Of a DNA stretch of 64,000 bases, positions 1-8,626 are shown in pieces. The stretch comes from an uncultured delta proteobacterium (lineage in GTDB: Bacteria > Myxococcota_A > Polyangia > Polyangiales > B10-G4), in assembly GCA_963727445.1 (NCBI GenBank), contig CAVSGI010000015.1, forward strand, positions 192,001-256,000. The letters are read 5' to 3'. A program made the translations under genes and the position numbers. Below the pieces are notes generated by a model, which saw only the letters and a program-made list of their open reading frames with translations, was not told where the DNA came from and did not search any database. Numbering within the stretch: position 1 is the stretch's first letter; the number at the start of each line of letters is the position of its first letter.

Positions 1-135
1 GTCTGCGCTTACGCCACGACACACATCCCCCCGGCCCACACCTTCATCATCGGCCCGAACGGCGGCCACGCATGCGGGAGCCACCCAGCGAGCCAGGCGG
101 TACACGACTACCCCTCCCACCTGGAGGAGCTGTAG
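1..135 (+). CDS. 3' end of a gene entering the window; possibly an LNS2/lipin-like HAD-domain protein
   Basis: Frame 1 is open to TAG at 133-135 (VCAYATTHIPPAHTFIIGPNGG...). It resembles the 'D-x-x-AY...GIP...FII' end of LNS2 domains. Only 44 codons are visible. Confidence 0.3.
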   Translation, partial: VCAYATTHIPPAHTFIIGPNGGHACGSHPASQAVHDYPSHLEEL

Positions 136-163
136 ATGAGGGACTGGGGAGGTTGCGTGTGTT

Positions 164-1039
164 TCAGCGCTGGCGGCGACGCCGAGCGGCGAGCACCATG
201 GCGAGCGCGACGAATGGGAGCGCGCCCGCGAAGCCGTGGCCCAGCCCGGGGTTCGACGCGGTGCAGTAGATGCCGGTGATCGCGCCCTGCGGCTCACCGT
301 CGAGGCTCCATTGCGCGGTTCGATCGTCGTCGCAGTCCACGGCGCCGTCGTACTCGATCGTGGCGCGCCGCCCGTCCGACGACTCGATCACGGTTCGCCC
401 CTCCGAGGGCTGGCCGCTGCAGACGGAGTCGTCCACCACCTCGTCGATGGTCCGCGCGGTGATGGTGCCGGTCGGTGCCGCCAGTTCGTCGCGGCTGATC
501 GTCCCGGTCCCGCGCCATACGGTGCGTTCGTCGTAGGTTCCCTCGACCTCGCCGCTGTAGTCGTAGCGCGTCGTCACGCCGCCCTCGGCACGCACGTCGA
601 TCTCGTAGGAGTGATGATTCGGGCCGATCTCTCGGATGTCCACGGTGCCGGTGAGGCCGGTGAAGAAGTTCGGCTCCTCGAAGTGACCGTAGCCGTCGGC
701 GGTGAGCGTTCGGTCGCTGTCGCCGCTCCGAACGATCGTGGCCGTTCCACGCCACTCCTCCCCGTCGACGTCCACGCACCCGTCGCCGGCGATGGTCACG
801 ATCGTGCCGTCGTCCGTGATCTCGGGACAGCGTGCGTCTGCGACCATGCGCTCACCGTCCGCGATCGCCAGAGGCTCGTACACCGTCGCGTACACTCCCA
901 ATGCGCTCGCGGTGTTCGCCCACGTGCGCACATGCTCGACGTCGTCCAGGTTGCTGTTCTCGCCGCAGGCGCTCGCGACGACGCAGAGCGCGATGGACAG
1001 CGGGCCGACGATGGCAAAGAGGGGTCGATGATTCTCCAT
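164..1039 (-). CDS. Lipoprotein with C-terminal MYXO-CTERM-like sorting tail
   Basis: Start reassigned to MENHRPLF. Lipobox VASA-C. C-terminus has Cys, a hydrophobic helix and an Arg cluster (YCTASNPG...LPFVALAMVLAARRRRQR). Confidence 0.75.
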   Translation of the reverse strand: MENHRPLFAIVGPLSIALCVVASACGENSNLDDVEHVRTWANTASALGVYATVYEPLAIADGERMVADARCPEITDDGTIVTIAGDGCVDVDGEEWRGTATIVRSGDSDRTLTADGYGHFEEPNFFTGLTGTVDIREIGPNHHSYEIDVRAEGGVTTRYDYSGEVEGTYDERTVWRGTGTISRDELAAPTGTITARTIDEVVDDSVCSGQPSEGRTVIESSDGRRATIEYDGAVDCDDDRTAQWSLDGEPQGAITGIYCTASNPGLGHGFAGALPFVALAMVLAARRRRQR

Positions 1040-1180
1040 GAGAGTCCTCCTACCCACCCCACCATTCGAGAACCGTGCCGGCGCCGTTTTCACCGAGCGA
1101 AGCAGGCTCGTCGCCGGGCACTGTCGCAGATCGACCACACCCGTGCAGCGGGGTGCACACTTACAAAGTGGCACCACGGA

Positions 1181-1215
1181 AAAAGGCCGGCGCCCTCTCG
1201 GGCACCGGCCTTCTT
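1181..1215. terminator. Intrinsic terminator-like hairpin downstream of the VWA lipoprotein gene
   Basis: AAAAGGCCGGCGCCC-TCTC-GGGCACCGGCCTTCTT: GC stem with A tract on the left (U tract on the minus strand), about 25 bp past the stop at 1240. Confidence 0.75.
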
Positions 1216-1239
1216 CACGTGTAGCGCTTCAGCCCGAGC

Positions 1240-3486
1240 TCAGGGCGTGCAGAGCGTGCGGTCGCCGGGGACGCGGACGACGACGATGCGGCTGTCCGCC
1301 TCGACGACGTCGTCGCCGACGACGATGACGCGCATGTTGAAGAGCTGGTCGCCGCAGGTGGCGGGCACGACGCCGTCGTTCTCGGCGACGATCTGGAAGG
1401 TGACGAGGCAGCCCGGGACGACGCCGGTGAAGCTGTCGAGCGAGCCGTCCATCCCGATCGCGCCAGTCGCGTCGAGGCGGTCCACCGTCATCGGGGCCGG
1501 CGTGCAGGTCGCCGTATCCCAGCTGACCGGGATGCCACGGACGAAGAACTGCGACTCGTCCACGGTGGTGGTGGCGGGATCGTCACGCGACTCGGTGTGA
1601 AGCGTCGAGAAGGAGACGAAGGAGGTGAGGTCGGTGATGGCGCTGGTGATGCTGCTGGCCACGCCGCCGCCGCCCGAGCTGTTCGTCGAGAAGACGAAGG
1701 GGCAGACGCTGGTCGGGGCGAGCGGGCCGGAGCCGTCCGGATCCCACGTCTCCGCAGCGCGCATCGCACCACTGAGCCCGTTGTCACACATGCCAGCGGT
1801 CGGCGCCTTGTAGGCACCCGTGCGAACGGCGAAGGCCGACAGCTCGTGCCGCTGGTCGCTCGAGGCCGCGCCGTTGTCGACCGCGAGGCCGATGACCTTG
1901 GCGCCGATGGCGTCGAGCGCCGCGAGGGTCTCGGCCTGGGTCTTCGGCTGCTGGTCGGCCGCGGAGCCGAAGCTGGTCATCGCATAGTTGTCACAGCTGT
2001 CGGTCGAGAGGTCGCCACACCAGGTGAAGTTGTCACCGGCGGTGGAGTTGTCGCCCCACTTGCGATGGAACGTGATGTCGGTCGCGATCACGATGATGGG
2101 CAGCGCGTCCATGCGGTAGCCGGCGCCGCCGATCATCCCGTGGCCGCGGGTGGCGTCGAAGCCGGTGGCCGGCATGAAGGCGGGCGTCCAGGTCGTCCCG
2201 CTCGACGAGCGGAATCCATCACCGGAGGCCGCCTGGAACATCGCCTCGATCTGGCTCTCGGGGCCGTCATTGCCGCCGTGGAGGGTGAGGCCCGCCACGC
2301 CGGAGGTGATGTCGGACATGTTGGTGGTGATGCGCTGGATGAGCCCGAACGGCACGTCGCCGCTGCCGGCGCTGCCGTAGGGCGAGATGGGGAAGTCGTC
2401 GTGGCGAGCGACACCGAACGCAGTGTCGGGGATCGCGGCGCGCACGTCGGTCACGATGCTGGAGAGGAAGGTCCGCAGGCCGGTGATCGTGCCGCCCATC
2501 GAGCCCGTGGTGTCGATCAGGAAGAGCACGTCTGCCTTGCGGATCTGCGGGTCGAACTCGAGGGTGTCCGTGCGGGCCATGCCGCCCGGGACGAGGTCGA
2601 AGGTGAAGTCGCCGCGGCTCGCGAGGTTGTCCGTCGCGTCCGTGGGATCGGTGCCACCTGCGACCTCGACGCCGTCGGACTCACCGTCGCCGTCGGTGTC
2701 GGCGAGGGTCGGGTCGGTGCCCAGGGTGACCTCGTCGGCGTCGTCGATGCCGTCGTTGTCGGAGTCCAGGTCCTGGAAGTCGGGCGTGCCGTCGCCGTCC
2801 GTGTCGACGGGCGGCGTCATGACGTCGGCGTCGCCGGCCTCGTCGGCGTCGGAGATGCCGTCACCATCGGAGTCGTCATCCATGTAGTCGGGCGTGCCGT
2901 CGCCGTCCGTGTCGCGCGGGACCGACGACTGCTCGTCGAAGTCGCTGATGGTGTCGCCGTCGGCGTCGACCGTGGGACGCATGCCGCAGACGCCGGCAAA
3001 GCAGGCCAGACCCACATCGCAGGCCATGCCGCAGCCGCCGCAGTGGTTGACGTTGGCCTGCGTGTCGACGCAGGAACCGCTGCAGTCCGTGGTGCCGGCC
3101 GGGCACTCGGTGGTGCAGGCGCCCGCGCCGCAGACCTCGCCGGTCGCGCAGGCGATGTCGCAGTCGCCGCAGTTGTTGGGGTCGACCTGGGTGTCGACGC
3201 AGCGACCGTTGCACTCGACGGTGCCGACGCCGCAGCCACCCGAACAGGTGCCCATGTTGCAGAGGTCACCGCCGCAATCCATGCCGCAGCCACCGCAGTT
3301 CGCCGGATCGTAGCGCGTGTCGACGCACATTCCGCTGCAGTTCATCTGGCCGGAGGGGCAGGTGCCACCATCACCGCCGATCACACCGGTATCGCCACCG
3401 ACGGGCGGCCGCCCGTCGTCTCCGCAACCTGCCAGGCCGAAGCCGACCAGCGCTGCGAAAATCCAAGCCATCGAAATGGTCCTCAT
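1240..3486 (-). CDS. Lipoprotein with Cys-rich repeats, thrombospondin type-3-like Ca-binding repeats and a VWA domain (CglD/beta-integrin-like adhesin)
   Basis: Lipobox LAG-C; CVDT..DP.NCG.C repeats; DTDGDG.PD repeats; MIDAS-like [14 protein letters not shown], plus [13 protein letters not shown] and [11 protein letters not shown]. Confidence 0.8.
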   Translation of the reverse strand: MRTISMAWIFAALVGFGLAGCGDDGRPPVGGDTGVIGGDGGTCPSGQMNCSGMCVDTRYDPANCGGCGMDCGGDLCNMGTCSGGCGVGTVECNGRCVDTQVDPNNCGDCDIACATGEVCGAGACTTECPAGTTDCSGSCVDTQANVNHCGGCGMACDVGLACFAGVCGMRPTVDADGDTISDFDEQSSVPRDTDGDGTPDYMDDDSDGDGISDADEAGDADVMTPPVDTDGDGTPDFQDLDSDNDGIDDADEVTLGTDPTLADTDGDGESDGVEVAGGTDPTDATDNLASRGDFTFDLVPGGMARTDTLEFDPQIRKADVLFLIDTTGSMGGTITGLRTFLSSIVTDVRAAIPDTAFGVARHDDFPISPYGSAGSGDVPFGLIQRITTNMSDITSGVAGLTLHGGNDGPESQIEAMFQAASGDGFRSSSGTTWTPAFMPATGFDATRGHGMIGGAGYRMDALPIIVIATDITFHRKWGDNSTAGDNFTWCGDLSTDSCDNYAMTSFGSAADQQPKTQAETLAALDAIGAKVIGLAVDNGAASSDQRHELSAFAVRTGAYKAPTAGMCDNGLSGAMRAAETWDPDGSGPLAPTSVCPFVFSTNSSGGGGVASSITSAITDLTSFVSFSTLHTESRDDPATTTVDESQFFVRGIPVSWDTATCTPAPMTVDRLDATGAIGMDGSLDSFTGVVPGCLVTFQIVAENDGVVPATCGDQLFNMRVIVVGDDVVEADSRIVVVRVPGDRTLCTP

Positions 3487-3667
3487 GATTTCCCTGCCTC
3501 CTAAACTTGACGCAGCCGTTTCCGGCACTAGAGGGGCGCACCCAAGCGCCTTCTCGAGGCCCTGTCAAATCGACGGAGGCCCCCTGTCGCCATCGGCTAC
3601 GGGATCGGAGGCGCCGAAATTCATTCGCGGCGTGAGCAAGCGCACGACCGCTGTGCTTTGCAATCGT

Positions 3668-4015
3668 TCAGCAGGCGGCGGGGTCGAGCTCGAAGAGCAT
3701 CTGACCCACCGTTCGGGCGCGAAGCTCCGCGCCTGCTCTGCGGTGGAGCCACTGCGCCTGCTTCAAGGCGCGGATCGCCTCCTTCGGCCGCCGCGCGCGA
3801 CGGAGCGCGTCTCCGAGCTGGGTCCAGCTCTTGGCGTCGCCTTCGAGAGCGACGAGCTCGCGAAGGGCGACGGAGGCCTTTCGATGATCCCCACTGCGCG
3901 CGGCACGTCGGGCACGACGCCTCAGGATCTCGGTCTTGTCGTTCGAGGCAGGCGCGGCGACCTCCCCCAGCTTCCGCGCGAGCACCTGTCTCGCCCTACC
4001 CCTGCGTCTCGCCAT
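3668..4015 (-). CDS. Small TPR-like protein
   Basis: 115 aa with a TPR-like helix pair (DAKSWTQLGDALRRARRPKEAIRALKQA). Confidence 0.6.
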   Translation of the reverse strand: MARRRGRARQVLARKLGEVAAPASNDKTEILRRRARRAARSGDHRKASVALRELVALEGDAKSWTQLGDALRRARRPKEAIRALKQAQWLHRRAGAELRARTVGQMLFELDPAAC

Positions 4016-4101
4016 GCACCGACGGAAACGAATTGCCGATCAGGTGGGCAAGTTTTTGGCTGTTTTTGTGAGGGACTTCGCCCTCCACATCCTGGTCGTG
4101 G

Positions 4102-4916
4102 GTTTTGGTGAGGGACTTCGTCCCTCCACGCTCCCTCGGGGACTGCGTCCCCGCGGCCGACAGACAAATGCGCGAAGAGCGGGGCGGCGATACCGCCGCC
4201 CCGGATAGAGCTGGGCGTGCTGTCGGCCTCCCCTGCACGGCGCCACAGGCGCCGGGTGGCGGCCGAAGGCCGGCCACGGGTGGGCGGGATCACATGGGTC
4301 AGATGAGGGTTTGTTTTGGTGAGGGACTTCGTCCCTCCACACTCCCTCGGGGACTGCGTCCCCGCGGCCGACAGACAAATGCGCGAAGAGCGGGGCGGCG
4401 ATACCGCCGCCCCGGATAGAGCTGCGCGTGCTGTCGGCCTCCCCTACACGGCGCCACAGGCGCCGGGTGGCGGCCGAAGGCCGGCCACGGGTGGGCGGGA
4501 TCACATGGGTCAGATGAGGGTTTGTTTTGGTGAGGGACTTCGTCCCTCCACACTCCCTCGGGGACTGCGTCCCCGCGGCCGACAGACAAATGCGCGAAGA
4601 GCGGGGCGGCGATACCGCCGCCCCGGATAGAGCTGGGCGTGCTGTCGGCCTCCCCTGCACGGCGCCACAGGCGCCGGGTGGCGGCCGAAGGCCGGCCACG
4701 GGTGGGCGGGATCACATGGGTCAGATGAGGGTTTGTTTTGGTGAGGGACTTCGTCCCTCCACACTCCCTCGGGGACTGCGTCCCCGCGGCCGACAGACAA
4801 ATGCGCGAAGAGCGGGGCGGCGATACCGCCGCCCCGGATAGAGCTGGGCGTGCTGTCGGCCTCCCCTGCACGGCGCCACAGGCGCCGGGTGGCGGCCGAA
4901 GGCCGGCCACGGGTGG
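4102..4916. repeat. Tandem array of about 3.9 copies of a 211-bp palindrome-rich unit, with a partial leading copy at 4062-4088
   Basis: GTTTTGGTGAGGGACTTCGTCCCTCCAC recurs at 4102, 4313, 4524 and 4735. The copies differ at only about 3 positions and each holds several hairpins. Confidence 0.97.
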
Positions 4917-5681
4917 CTAGAAGAGGAAGTGGTCGTCGAGTTGGAGGATGTTGAGGTTCTGGCGCTTGATCTTTGCGAGCTCGCGCTCGACCGGCGACTG
5001 GAAGACAGGCTTGATGTGGTAGAGAAGCACGGGAATCTCACGGCCTTTCAGCTTCTCCAGCTCGACATCGAGGGTCTTCGGCGTGTGGTGGCCCGACACG
5101 TGGGCGAGCTCCGAATGGTCGTTCGGGAAGCTCACCTCCATCAACAGCGCTGCCAGATCCTCCCGCTCCTCGAGCACCTCCCAGAGGCGATCCGTCGGGC
5201 CGGTGTCACCGCTGTAGCCGAGGGACTTGTCGCCGCTGCGGATCACGAAGCCCGCGGTCTCGATGGTGTGGGTGACGAGCACCGGGGTCACCTCGAGGCC
5301 GCCGACGATCGACGTCTCTTCTGGTGCGATGGGCTGGAACTCGATGGTGGGACCGAGCTCGGTGTCGATCCTCGAGAAGTCCGGCCAGAGGTGGTCGTTG
5401 AAGAAATGCTTCCTGAGGGCGTCGAGTGTGGCCGGCGTCCCCGCGATCTGGAGCGTGGGCCCGCCCTGCTGGCAGCGGTTGTCGGCGATGGTCGCCAGAT
5501 CGCGGACGTGATCCATGTGGGCGTGGCTGACCACCACCGCCTCGATCTTCCGCTGCTCCTCGAGGCTCAGCGTACCGGTGATGGCGCCGGCGTCGATCGC
5601 CAGACGATCGTCGACGAGAAAGCTCGTCGTCCGATGCTTCGGCGTCTCACCCCCATGGCAACCGAGAACCTTCAGATCCAT
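4917..5681 (-). CDS. Metallo-beta-lactamase-fold class II 3',5'-cyclic-nucleotide phosphodiesterase
   Basis: VLGCHGG...TTSFL..AIDAG, SHAHMDH metal motif, HFFNDHLWPDF, SGDTGPT, EVSFPN, GHHTP, YHIKP. Confidence 0.85.
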   Translation of the reverse strand: MDLKVLGCHGGETPKHRTTSFLVDDRLAIDAGAITGTLSLEEQRKIEAVVVSHAHMDHVRDLATIADNRCQQGGPTLQIAGTPATLDALRKHFFNDHLWPDFSRIDTELGPTIEFQPIAPEETSIVGGLEVTPVLVTHTIETAGFVIRSGDKSLGYSGDTGPTDRLWEVLEEREDLAALLMEVSFPNDHSELAHVSGHHTPKTLDVELEKLKGREIPVLLYHIKPVFQSPVERELAKIKRQNLNILQLDDHFLF

Positions 5682-6331
5682 CAGACCCCGAATTTCTCCT
5701 GCATCTCGAGGAACTCGAGGAACTCGTGAAGGCGCTCGACGTCGGTGATGATCAGCCCGCCGGCATCCGCGCGCACCATGCCCAGACGCATCACGCGCGC
5801 GAGCACCGCATCCACCTGCTCCTGTGCGAGGCCCACCTGTTGCGCGAGCCCGGCCGCGTCCAGCGGCAGGCGGATCGTTCCGTCGCTCGTGGGATCACCT
5901 GCCACCGACGCTTCGCGGGACAGCCCCAGGATCACGCGCGCCTTCGGATCCTTGTGCATCAGGATCTCGATGAGCGTGTTCGCCGCGTCGAGGCGACGCG
6001 CGAGCTTCTTGATGAGACGGACGGCGATCTCGGCGTTGGAGACCACCATCTGCTGGAGCGTCTTGCCGTCGAGGACCAGGAGCTGCGCGTCCTCCACCAC
6101 TTCGGCTGTGGCGGTGCGCGGCTTCTGGTTGAGGATCGCCATCTCCCCGAAGAAATCCCCGGGCCCGAGGATCGCGAGGGTCTTCGTCTTGTCCTGAACC
6201 GTCTTGGTGATCTTCACCTTGCCGGCTTGTAGAACGTAGAGCTTGTCCCCCAGATCCCCTTCTTCGAAGAGGATGGTGCCTCGGCTGCACTTCTTTCCGA
6301 AACGCGCGAAGAGCTGATCGCCATCGGACAT
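5681..6331 (-). CDS. Crp/Fnr family cNMP-binding regulator
   Basis: LFEEGDLG..LYVL..GKVKI..GDFFGEMAIL..PRTATA cNMP cassette and C-terminal HTH-like region. Its stop overlaps the PDE start (TGATG). Confidence 0.9.
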   Translation of the reverse strand: MSDGDQLFARFGKKCSRGTILFEEGDLGDKLYVLQAGKVKITKTVQDKTKTLAILGPGDFFGEMAILNQKPRTATAEVVEDAQLLVLDGKTLQQMVVSNAEIAVRLIKKLARRLDAANTLIEILMHKDPKARVILGLSREASVAGDPTSDGTIRLPLDAAGLAQQVGLAQEQVDAVLARVMRLGMVRADAGGLIITDVERLHEFLEFLEMQEKFGV

Positions 6332-6345
6332 CGGAGTCCCGAATG

Positions 6346-7011
6346 CTAGCCCGGCCGCCCGATAAGTTGAAATAGCTTGGAAGAAGTCGCCGGGGCGGCA
6401 CCTGGATCGACGCTCAGGTGAGCGTGCAGAAGCGCGAGATCCGTGGGGGTATCGACGTCGTACCAGGGCGGAAGCAGGTGGGGCTCCAATCCCGCCTCCC
6501 GCGCGCGAAGGAGGGTGTCCGCGAGGGCGTGGGGGGTGGAATAGCGAATGTCCTCGAAGATGGGGGGGACCTCCGCTTGGGCCCCCACCAGGTAAAAGCC
6601 GCCATCGGCGCTCGGGCCGAGCACGAGCGCGGTCTGGTCGAGGGCTCGAGCGGCGCGCTTCAGGAAGGCCGGCGGCAGGGTGGGCAGGTCCGTACCGACG
6701 ATCAGTCCGCGGCCGCGGCGCGCGATCATCCCGCCGAGAGCCGCAGCCATTCGCGCCCCGAGATCGCCCCTCGGCTGCGGGAAGAGCGGGTATCGATCGG
6801 AGAGCTCCTCGAGGAAGGGATCGGAGAGCTCTCCCGTCACCCAGAGCTCGGGCGCGAGGGCGTCGACCGAAGCGGCGGCCGAGAGCAGGTCGGTGATGAA
6901 GGCGCGATGGAGCGTGCGGCGGTCCTCGGGACCGAGGATCGCGGCGAGGCGCGTCTTGACCGCATCGGAGGACGGCGCCCTCGCGAAGACGGCGAGCGGC
7001 GTCTCGTTCAT
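6346..7011 (-). CDS. DUF2064/TIGR04282-family CofC-like transferase
   Basis: VFARAP...VKTRL, QPRGDLGARM, IVGTDLP, VLGPSADGGFYLVG, WYDVDTPTDL. Confidence 0.85.
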   Translation of the reverse strand: MNETPLAVFARAPSSDAVKTRLAAILGPEDRRTLHRAFITDLLSAAASVDALAPELWVTGELSDPFLEELSDRYPLFPQPRGDLGARMAAALGGMIARRGRGLIVGTDLPTLPPAFLKRAARALDQTALVLGPSADGGFYLVGAQAEVPPIFEDIRYSTPHALADTLLRAREAGLEPHLLPPWYDVDTPTDLALLHAHLSVDPGAAPATSSKLFQLIGRPG

Positions 7012-7730
7012 GCCCGCGCGAACCTCGTCATCCGGCTGTGCCGCGCGAGGGTCCAGAGGATCTTGCCGCTCGCGAGCAGCGTGCCCTTCACCGTGCCGCT
7101 CACCTTCGAGCGACCGATCCGCCGGCGGTAGCTCACCGGCACCTCGAGGTGCCGGCGGCCCTGGCGCGCCGCCTTGATCTGCATCTCCACCGTCCAGCCA
7201 TAAGTGGGATCGCGCATGTCGAGATCCGCGAGCACGTCCCAGCGGATCGCGCGAAATGGGCCCAGGTCCGAGTAACGTGCGCCATAGAGCCCGCGGAGCG
7301 CGACGCAGGCGACGGCGTTGCCGACCCGCTGCTGGGGCGTGAGGCTGCCGCGCTCGCGCCGGCCGAGAGTACGCGAGCCGATCACCAGCTCCGCCTCGCC
7401 GGACAACAGCGGCGCGACGAGGGCGTGCATCTCGGCGGGGTGGTCGCTGTAATCACCGTCGAGGAAGACGATCACCTCGGGCGGGTCCGTCGCGATGTGC
7501 CGGAGGGCCTTCAGGCACGCGCGCCCGTAGCCGCGGCGCGGCTCGTGGACGACCTCGGCGCCGGCCGCGCGGGCCACCCGCGCCGTGCCGTCTCGCGACC
7601 CGTTGTCGGCCACCACCACCCGGCGCACGAGCGCGCGGGGGATCTCCGCCAGCACCTTGGGGAGCGCCCGCTCTTCGTCCAATGCGGGGATGACGACATC
7701 GACGCTTCTCGGGGGCACCACGCAAAGCAT
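7008..7730 (-). CDS. Glycosyltransferase family 2
   Basis: VVIPALDEE, VADNGSRDGT, GYGRAC, FLDGDYSD, DLGPFRAI, YGWTVEMQ. Start approximate. Confidence 0.9.
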   Translation of the reverse strand: MLCVVPPRSVDVVIPALDEERALPKVLAEIPRALVRRVVVADNGSRDGTARVARAAGAEVVHEPRRGYGRACLKALRHIATDPPEVIVFLDGDYSDHPAEMHALVAPLLSGEAELVIGSRTLGRRERGSLTPQQRVGNAVACVALRGLYGARYSDLGPFRAIRWDVLADLDMRDPTYGWTVEMQIKAARQGRRHLEVPVSYRRRIGRSKVSGTVKGTLLASGKILWTLARHSRMTRFARA

Positions 7731-7764
7731 ACGCCGCCTTCGACGCGGTGTTACGCTCGCGCTC

Positions 7765-8508
7765 ATGCGGCCGACCCTCTTCGCCCTGGTCCTCACCACG
7801 ACGGCCTTCGCGAGCGTCCCCGCCTCGGCACAGGACGGCGACGACGTACCCGCGCACATGGAAGAACCGGACGACGGTCCGCCCGACCGACCCACCTCGG
7901 GTGACCTGAGCATCTTCAGCGGGCGCACCAACGGCAACGGCGAGACCGCGCTCGCGGCAGGCGTCGGCTGGCCCGGCATCTGGGCGGGGCTCTTCCTCTC
8001 GCCCAGCTCGACCTTCAACCTGGGGATCCGCGGACACGTCTACTACGGCTCGCCCATCATGGGCTTCAGCACGGGCGCCGGCGGTGGCGTCACGATCCCC
8101 ATCCGGATCCATGTCTTCGGGAGCGACAAGCTCGACATCTCCCTCTACGTCGAGCCGGGCGTGGTCCTGGGCGAGGCCTCCCTGGTGGGCGAGGTCGTCA
8201 CCTTCTCGGACGCCTTCGGCTATGGCGTCTACGCCGTCGCCGGCGCCCTCGCCGGCGCGCAGCTCTCAGACTCCGTCACTCTCGCCATCGGCCTGATGGG
8301 TCAGGGCGGCTACGTGCACACGCCCTCGAAGTCCATCAACCCGGTGGGCCCCATCGGCGCCGTCCTCGTCAGCGCAGCTCTCGAGGCCCTGATGAGCCGC
8401 GACACGATGCTCTTCGTCGAGATCCGCGGCGGCGCCGGCTTCTCCGACACCCTCTTCGACAGCCAGGGCATCTTCCAGGGGAGCCTGGGACTCGCCTATC
8501 TGCTCTAA
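7765..8508 (+). CDS. Exported protein, probable outer-membrane beta-barrel
   Basis: Signal peptide MRPTLFALVL..ASA; alternating amphipathic strands; terminal LGLAYLL. Confidence 0.65.
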   Translation: MRPTLFALVLTTTAFASVPASAQDGDDVPAHMEEPDDGPPDRPTSGDLSIFSGRTNGNGETALAAGVGWPGIWAGLFLSPSSTFNLGIRGHVYYGSPIMGFSTGAGGGVTIPIRIHVFGSDKLDISLYVEPGVVLGEASLVGEVVTFSDAFGYGVYAVAGALAGAQLSDSVTLAIGLMGQGGYVHTPSKSINPVGPIGAVLVSAALEALMSRDTMLFVEIRGGAGFSDTLFDSQGIFQGSLGLAYLL

Positions 8509-8509
8509 C

Positions 8510-8606
8510 GGGGACGCTAGATTGACAATTGACTTCTGCCCCGCCGGGCCGAACCGGGCCACGCACCGCCACGCGTGCGAAAGTCAATTGTCAATCTAGC
8601 GTCCCC
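8510..8606. repeat. Perfect 26-bp inverted repeat (REPIN/MITE-like)
   Basis: GGGGACGCTAGATTGACAATTGACTT (8510-8535) and its exact reverse complement (8581-8606) around a 45-bp GC-rich spacer. Confidence 0.93.
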
Positions 8607-8626
8607 ACGTCACGCTACTCGGCCCC

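Noticed and set aside
4102..4916. CRISPR array or repeat-protein ORFs in the 211-bp array
   Set aside because: No unique spacers and no cas genes. The period is not divisible by 3, so the ORFs are shifting-frame shadows.
4917..5681. Anti-phage cyclic-nucleotide system (CBASS/Pycsar-like) or beta-lactamase
   Set aside because: No cyclase or toxic effector is adjacent; the motifs fit a class II cNMP phosphodiesterase.
6346..7730. Arsenosugar biosynthesis cluster
   Set aside because: The DUF2064 and GT2 pair is present, but there is no ArsS-type radical SAM or ArsM gene. The nearby radical SAM protein is RimO.
8522..8550. TTGACA as the rimO -35 box
   Set aside because: No -10-like hexamer at 16-18 bp spacing; it is part of the inverted-repeat arm.
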